Assembly: GCA_039679545.1 (NCBI GenBank)
Contig: JBDKUT010000126.1
Span: 1 to 10,602, forward strand
Direction: 5' to 3'
Length of the DNA stretch: 10,602 bases
From: Thermotogota bacterium
GTDB taxonomy: Bacteria > Bipolaricaulota > Bipolaricaulia > UBA7950 > UBA9294
Positions 7,009-10,602 of this stretch are shown in pieces. Position 1 is the stretch's first letter. Each line of letters begins with the position of its first letter. Under the pieces are notes generated by a model. The model saw only the letters and a list, made by a program, of their open reading frames with translations. It was not told the DNA's origin and did not search any database. The position numbers were made by a program, and so were the translations under genes.

Positions 7009-9356
7009 GGTTGGCCTCCACGTCCCTTGTTGAAGCCCACTCTCGCCGGCTTCGACCCCAGCTGCTCACAGCTGACGTTCGGTGGGCAGCCCAGAGCGTG
7101 AGTAGGACAGGCCGTCGCGCACAGTCCGCATCCGTTGCACAGAGCCGCGTCCACCGTGATCCTCTCTCGGCCAGCAGAACCGGACGGTCCGGGCACTCGG
7201 TTCTGCCCTAACTGCTCGGCACCGTCGCTCGCCGAACAGCCAAGGGCCGGGCAGCCAGTCACTTTGATGCACCGCTTGCACAGCACGCACTTCGCAGCGT
7301 CGAAGGCGACTGCAGCAGCGGCGCCGTGGCGACGCGCCTGAATCGCGCACTCGCGACGGGCAAGAACAACCTTCACTCCCGGTTCTCTCAGGCCGTCGGC
7401 GAGAACGGTCGTCATCGCGGGCAGGTCGTAGGGATCGACGATGTCGAACCGATCGGCGCCAAGGGCGGGGAGGATGCGGGCGAGGTCGATGCGCCGACCG
7501 CCGGCCTGGAACGCGTCGTCCGTGCCCGGGTTCACCTGCATCCCCGTCATGGCGGTCCAACCGTTGTCCATGACGACGAGCGTAAGCGGCACGCGCCGTT
7601 GCACGGCGTTCAGGAGGCCCGGCATCCCTGCGTGGAAGAACGTCGAGTCGCCGATCGTGGCGATGACCGGAGTCTTGATGCCGGCGTGAACGTAGCCCTG
7701 CGCCAGGGAGACGCTCGACCCCATCGAGACCTCGTTCCATATCAGCTCGAACGGCGGGTTCATCCCGAGAATCGTGCAGCCGATGTCGCCGGTGACCATC
7801 ACGGCGTCCTTCGAGAGGCCCGCCTTCTTGATCGCCGCCTCGATCGCCATGTACGTCCCGCGGTGAGGACAACCAGCGCACACAGTGATGGGGCGGGGAG
7901 CGGGTTCAACGTCACCTCTCCGCCCCTGAGTATCACGAAGTGCGCTGGGGAGAACGGACGCGGTCCGTTCTCCTTTCAGGTCGTCCTCGGGGGGACGACC
8001 GACCCCGGCGCAAACCGTAATTGGCCGTGGAGCAGGCGTGGGCGATGCTCCACGGCTAGCGTCCTCTCTACCCGTTAGGTCTGCGAGGGGGAGAACCGTC
8101 GAAGATGGTTCTCCCTTAAGGTCGTGCTCGCCACCACGACCGGCACCGGCGCACACCGTGATGGGGCGAGGCGCCGCCTCGCAGACTGCGCCTCGCTCTT
8201 TGGGCTCACGGTTTGCGCTAGCGAGAACGGCCTTCGGCCCTTCTCGGCGCACAGGTGTGTCTTGGAGGGCAACCGATAGCCCCTCCACAACCTCGTCCAC
8301 CCCATACTCCCCGAGCCGCGACAGGGTCCCGTCGAGCTTCCCGACGATGCGGGCGTCGCTCTGGATCCGTCGCGCAGCAATCCACAACTCTCGCTCAAAG
8401 AACGGCTCCAGCTCTTCCAGAACAAGGACCGTGCCACAGTGGCGGAGGAGTGTCTCCGCCTCCTCTCGCGGGAAGGGCGTCGTCGCTACAGCCTTGAGGA
8501 TCGATACCTGTTCGGGTTTGAGCCCCGTGACGGCGAGCGCTTCGGTCAAGTAGGCGTAGGTCGACCCCACCGCAACGGCGCCGACGCCCCCGGGCTTGCC
8601 CGCGAGTCGAAGATCGTTCAGGCCCATTGCGCGGATCACGCCGCCGGCGACATTCAGCCGCTCGATCAGGTCCCGGTGCTGGTCAAGGCAGATCTTCGAC
8701 CCTGCCTTCGTGTAGCGGGCGATATCGCGTTCGAGGATGACACCACGGCCAAGTGCCGCGCCGCCGGACTCGCCAGCTCTCGTTTCACCGCCAGGTGGTT
8801 CTCCCGGCGCCAGTGTCGGCGGAGCCACTTCATCCGACACCTCGATGCAAGCACTGGTGAGCGCCACCGCCGTCGTGAGGCGAAGGAAGACGGGGGTTCG
8901 CGCCCGCTCGGAAACCTCGAACGCTGCGACGACGAACTCATAAGCCTCCGCCACCGACGACGGCTCGAGCATCGGAAGGTCCGAGAGGAGAGCGAACCCA
9001 CGCGAGTCCTGCTCCGCCATGCCGGCACTTACGCCGGGGTCGTCAACGACCAAGATAACGAGGCCGCCGTTCGTCCCGGAGTAGGCAATCGAGATCAGAG
9101 CGTCGTAGGCGACGTTCACCCCCGACATCTTCATCGTCGTGAGCGCTCGCTGGCCGGCCCACGCCGCACCGGCGGCAATCTCGAACGCGACCTTCTCGTT
9201 CGTCGACCACTCCACGTGTCGACCCGGAAGCTCCATCGTGAGCAGGTGCTCGACCACGCCCGTCGACGGAGTTCCTGGATACCCCGTGACAACTCGCACC
9301 CCTGACCGGAGTGCTCCCAGAGCGACAGCTTGGTTACCCGTGACGATTCGCCTCAT
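7005..9356 (-). CDS. iorA: Indolepyruvate:ferredoxin oxidoreductase alpha subunit, lengthened by in-frame insertions
   Basis: TGNQAVALG, GYPGTPST, EWSTNEKVA, EQDSR, CAGCPHR, GDIGC, GDSTFFHAG..DN (TPP motif) and two CxxCxxC...CP ferredoxin motifs. Confidence 0.93.
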   Translation of the reverse strand: MRRIVTGNQAVALGALRSGVRVVTGYPGTPSTGVVEHLLTMELPGRHVEWSTNEKVAFEIAAGAAWAGQRALTTMKMSGVNVAYDALISIAYSGTNGGLVILVVDDPGVSAGMAEQDSRGFALLSDLPMLEPSSVAEAYEFVVAAFEVSERARTPVFLRLTTAVALTSACIEVSDEVAPPTLAPGEPPGGETRAGESGGAALGRGVILERDIARYTKAGSKICLDQHRDLIERLNVAGGVIRAMGLNDLRLAGKPGGVGAVAVGSTYAYLTEALAVTGLKPEQVSILKAVATTPFPREEAETLLRHCGTVLVLEELEPFFERELWIAARRIQSDARIVGKLDGTLSRLGEYGVDEVVEGLSVALQDTPVRREGPKAVLASANREPKERGAVCEAAPRPITVCAGAGRGGEHDLKGEPSSTVLPLADLTGREDASRGASPTPAPRPITVCAGVGRPPEDDLKGERTASVLPSALRDTQGRRGDVEPAPRPITVCAGCPHRGTYMAIEAAIKKAGLSKDAVMVTGDIGCTILGMNPPFELIWNEVSMGSSVSLAQGYVHAGIKTPVIATIGDSTFFHAGMPGLLNAVQRRVPLTLVVMDNGWTAMTGMQVNPGTDDAFQAGGRRIDLARILPALGADRFDIVDPYDLPAMTTVLADGLREPGVKVVLARRECAIQARRHGAAAAVAFDAAKCVLCKRCIKVTGCPALGCSASDGAEQLGQNRVPGPSGSAGRERITVDAALCNGCGLCATACPTHALGCPPNVSCEQLGSKPARVGFNKGRGGQP
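7872..8246 (-). repeat. Three in-frame tandem units each ending in APRPITVCAG, built of stem-loops
   Basis: APRPITVCAG is encoded at 8145-8174, 8004-8033 and 7872-7901 (periods 141 and 132 nt). The spacers share DLKGE and VLP. Confidence 0.9.
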
Positions 9357-9514
9357 GGTCGACGGCCCACCTCTCGATCGCTCCTACACGCACGCAACAA
9401 GCTGTGACGTCTAGCCCACACGGGCGAATCGTGTAAGTGCGCCGCCGGCGCACGACGCGCGCCCAGCGCGCCGAGGGCCACCGCCTGATTACCCGTCACA
9501 ATCCGTCTCGTCAT
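9353..9514 (-). other. 53-aa upstream ORF beginning with a duplicate of the IorA N-terminus (leader peptide or gene-start relic)
   Basis: MTRRIVTGNQAVALGAL.. versus IorA MRRIVTGNQAVALGAL..; its TGA overlaps the iorA ATG (ATGA). Confidence 0.75.
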
Positions 9515-9536
9515 CTCACATTCCCACCGAACGATC

Positions 9537-9796
9537 CGCACACCCGCTCTCCCAACACGAACGTCGCACACAATGGTGCGGTGCGCTCTCGCGTGAGAAC
9601 CGAGCGCATAGACGCTACGCCCGTCCACGCACCGCACACGCCTCTCTCCCAACACGGACGTCGCACACGATGGTGCGTGCGCTCAACGACGTAGCGTCGT
9701 GAGCTTGGCTCTCGGCGCTTCGTCTTGGTGCCGAGAGCTTGCCTCCGACGTTCTCGCCGAGCGCATAGACGCTGCGTCCGTCCACACACTGCGCAC
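9537..9796. repeat. Imperfect tandem duplication (unit about 96 bp) with a variable central loop
   Basis: CTCTCCCAACACG(A/G)ACGTCGCACAC(A/G)ATGGTGCG occurs in units starting at 9537 and 9633; CCGAGCGCATAGACGCT occurs at 9600 and 9757. Confidence 0.85.
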
Positions 9797-9810
9797 CCCG
9801 AACCACGCCA

Positions 9811-9841
9811 GGAGAAGCCACCTCTCCCACGTGGCTTCTCC
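9811..9841. repeat. Perfect 11-bp inverted repeat downstream of the Mo-enzyme gene
   Basis: GGAGAAGCCAC-9 nt-GTGGCTTCTCC, with no U-tract. Confidence 0.7.
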
Positions 9842-9877
9842 CGAGCGACTCAGCAAGTCGAGCCGCCGAGTCGCCAG

Positions 9878-10602
9878 TCACCATCTCCGATCCGGCCTCA
9901 CCACGGTGCGGCTACGTTCGACGGCCTTCAGCACACGATCGGGGGTGAGCGGAAGCTCGAAGATCCGTACCCCGAGCGCGTCGGCCAGCGCGTTCGCCAC
10001 GGCCGGCGCCGCCGGCGTCAAGGACGGCTCGCCAATCCCCTTCGCGCCGAACGGCCCAATGCCGGTCCCCGACTCAAGCGCAATCACCTCGGTGTCCGGG
10101 AAGTCGCAGGACGTCGGGATCAGGTACTCGGCGAACGACGGCGTCTTCGTCACCCCCCTGTCGACGACGTACTCCTCCATGAGCGCGTAGCCGAGTCCCT
10201 GATGGCTCCCGCCGGCGATCTGGCCACGCACCGCGGCGGGGTTGATGGCTCGGCCGACATCGTGGCAGGCGACGCACTTCAGAAGCTCGATCTCGCCCGT
10301 CTCTGTGTCCACGGCAATCTCGACCGCCTGGGCTCCAAACGTAAAGTCCGGCCAGATGTCGCCCTGTCCCGTCTCCGGGTCGATCCCGTCCGTGAACGGC
10401 GCGTTGAACTGGGCTAGATTGGCGAGTGGCAGGCCACTGGCAGCAGCTCTTGCCGCGACGTCCGAGAGCGGCAAGCGCTGAGCGCCAGTGGCTCGGGAGT
10501 TCCCGCCCGCGGGAACTCCTGGCTCATGTCGACTCGCCGCCACCTCCGCGAGCGGAATCCCGACCTGCTCTGGTCCGGTCTTCCCACCGTAGGTCTCGGC
10601 TT
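9878..10602 (-). CDS. Xanthine dehydrogenase/aldehyde oxidoreductase family molybdopterin-binding subunit, C-terminal part (5' end outside the window)
   Basis: The frame is open to the window edge. Motifs VDTETG, HDVGRAINP, GQIAGGSHQGLGYAL and GPFGAKGIGEP (catalytic Glu). Confidence 0.92.
   Translation of the reverse strand, partial: AETYGGKTGPEQVGIPLAEVAASRHEPGVPAGGNSRATGAQRLPLSDVAARAAASGLPLANLAQFNAPFTDGIDPETGQGDIWPDFTFGAQAVEIAVDTETGEIELLKCVACHDVGRAINPAAVRGQIAGGSHQGLGYALMEEYVVDRGVTKTPSFAEYLIPTSCDFPDTEVIALESGTGIGPFGAKGIGEPSLTPAAPAVANALADALGVRIFELPLTPDRVLKAVERSRTVVRPDRRW

Noticed and set aside
7902..8174. Intein or group I/II intron in iorA
   Set aside because: Units are only 132-141 nt, with no His-Asn/Cys splice junction and no recognisable intron core motifs.
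9309..9514. DGR template/variable repeat pair
   Set aside because: Differences are synonymous third-position changes of several types (G/C, C/T, G/T), not adenine-specific, and no reverse transcriptase is in the window.
9537..9796. Possible CRISPR array
   Set aside because: Only two long imperfect units, no constant repeat with unique equal-length spacers, and no cas genes.
9811..9841. Rho-independent terminator after the Mo-enzyme gene
   Set aside because: Strong stem but no U-tract on either side, so it is reported only as an inverted repeat.
9515..9884. Small minus-strand ORFs 9615-9884 and 9511-9789, and the extension of the uORF to 9655
   Set aside because: Their repeated peptides (CVDGRSVYALG, RTIVCDVRVGR) only reflect the nucleotide tandem repeat; no coding signature.

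Overview
High-GC bacterial window with all real genes on the minus strand. In transcription order: (1) 3' end of a xanthine-dehydrogenase/aldehyde-oxidoreductase-family molybdopterin subunit; (2) a repeat- and hairpin-rich spacer containing a synonymously recoded copy of the iorA 5' end; (3) a coupled iorA-iorB / ADP-forming acyl-CoA synthetase / HisC-like aminotransferase / metallophosphoesterase operon, probably for aromatic amino-acid fermentation; (4) a long palindrome; (5) a sigma70 promoter with tandem LacI-type operators driving a LacI regulator, a class I aldolase and a secreted calcineurin-like phosphoesterase that runs off the window. The most unusual signal is a set of in-frame insertions made of stem-loops, in iorA, the acyl-CoA synthetase linker and the Mo-enzyme gene. 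Some sit between peptide-level duplications (APRPITVCAG x3, RRIVTGNQAVALGAL x2) whose copies differ only at synonymous sites, and each APRPITVCAG copy pairs with its own matching antisense arm. All pairings were read by eye; no folding or database search was run.
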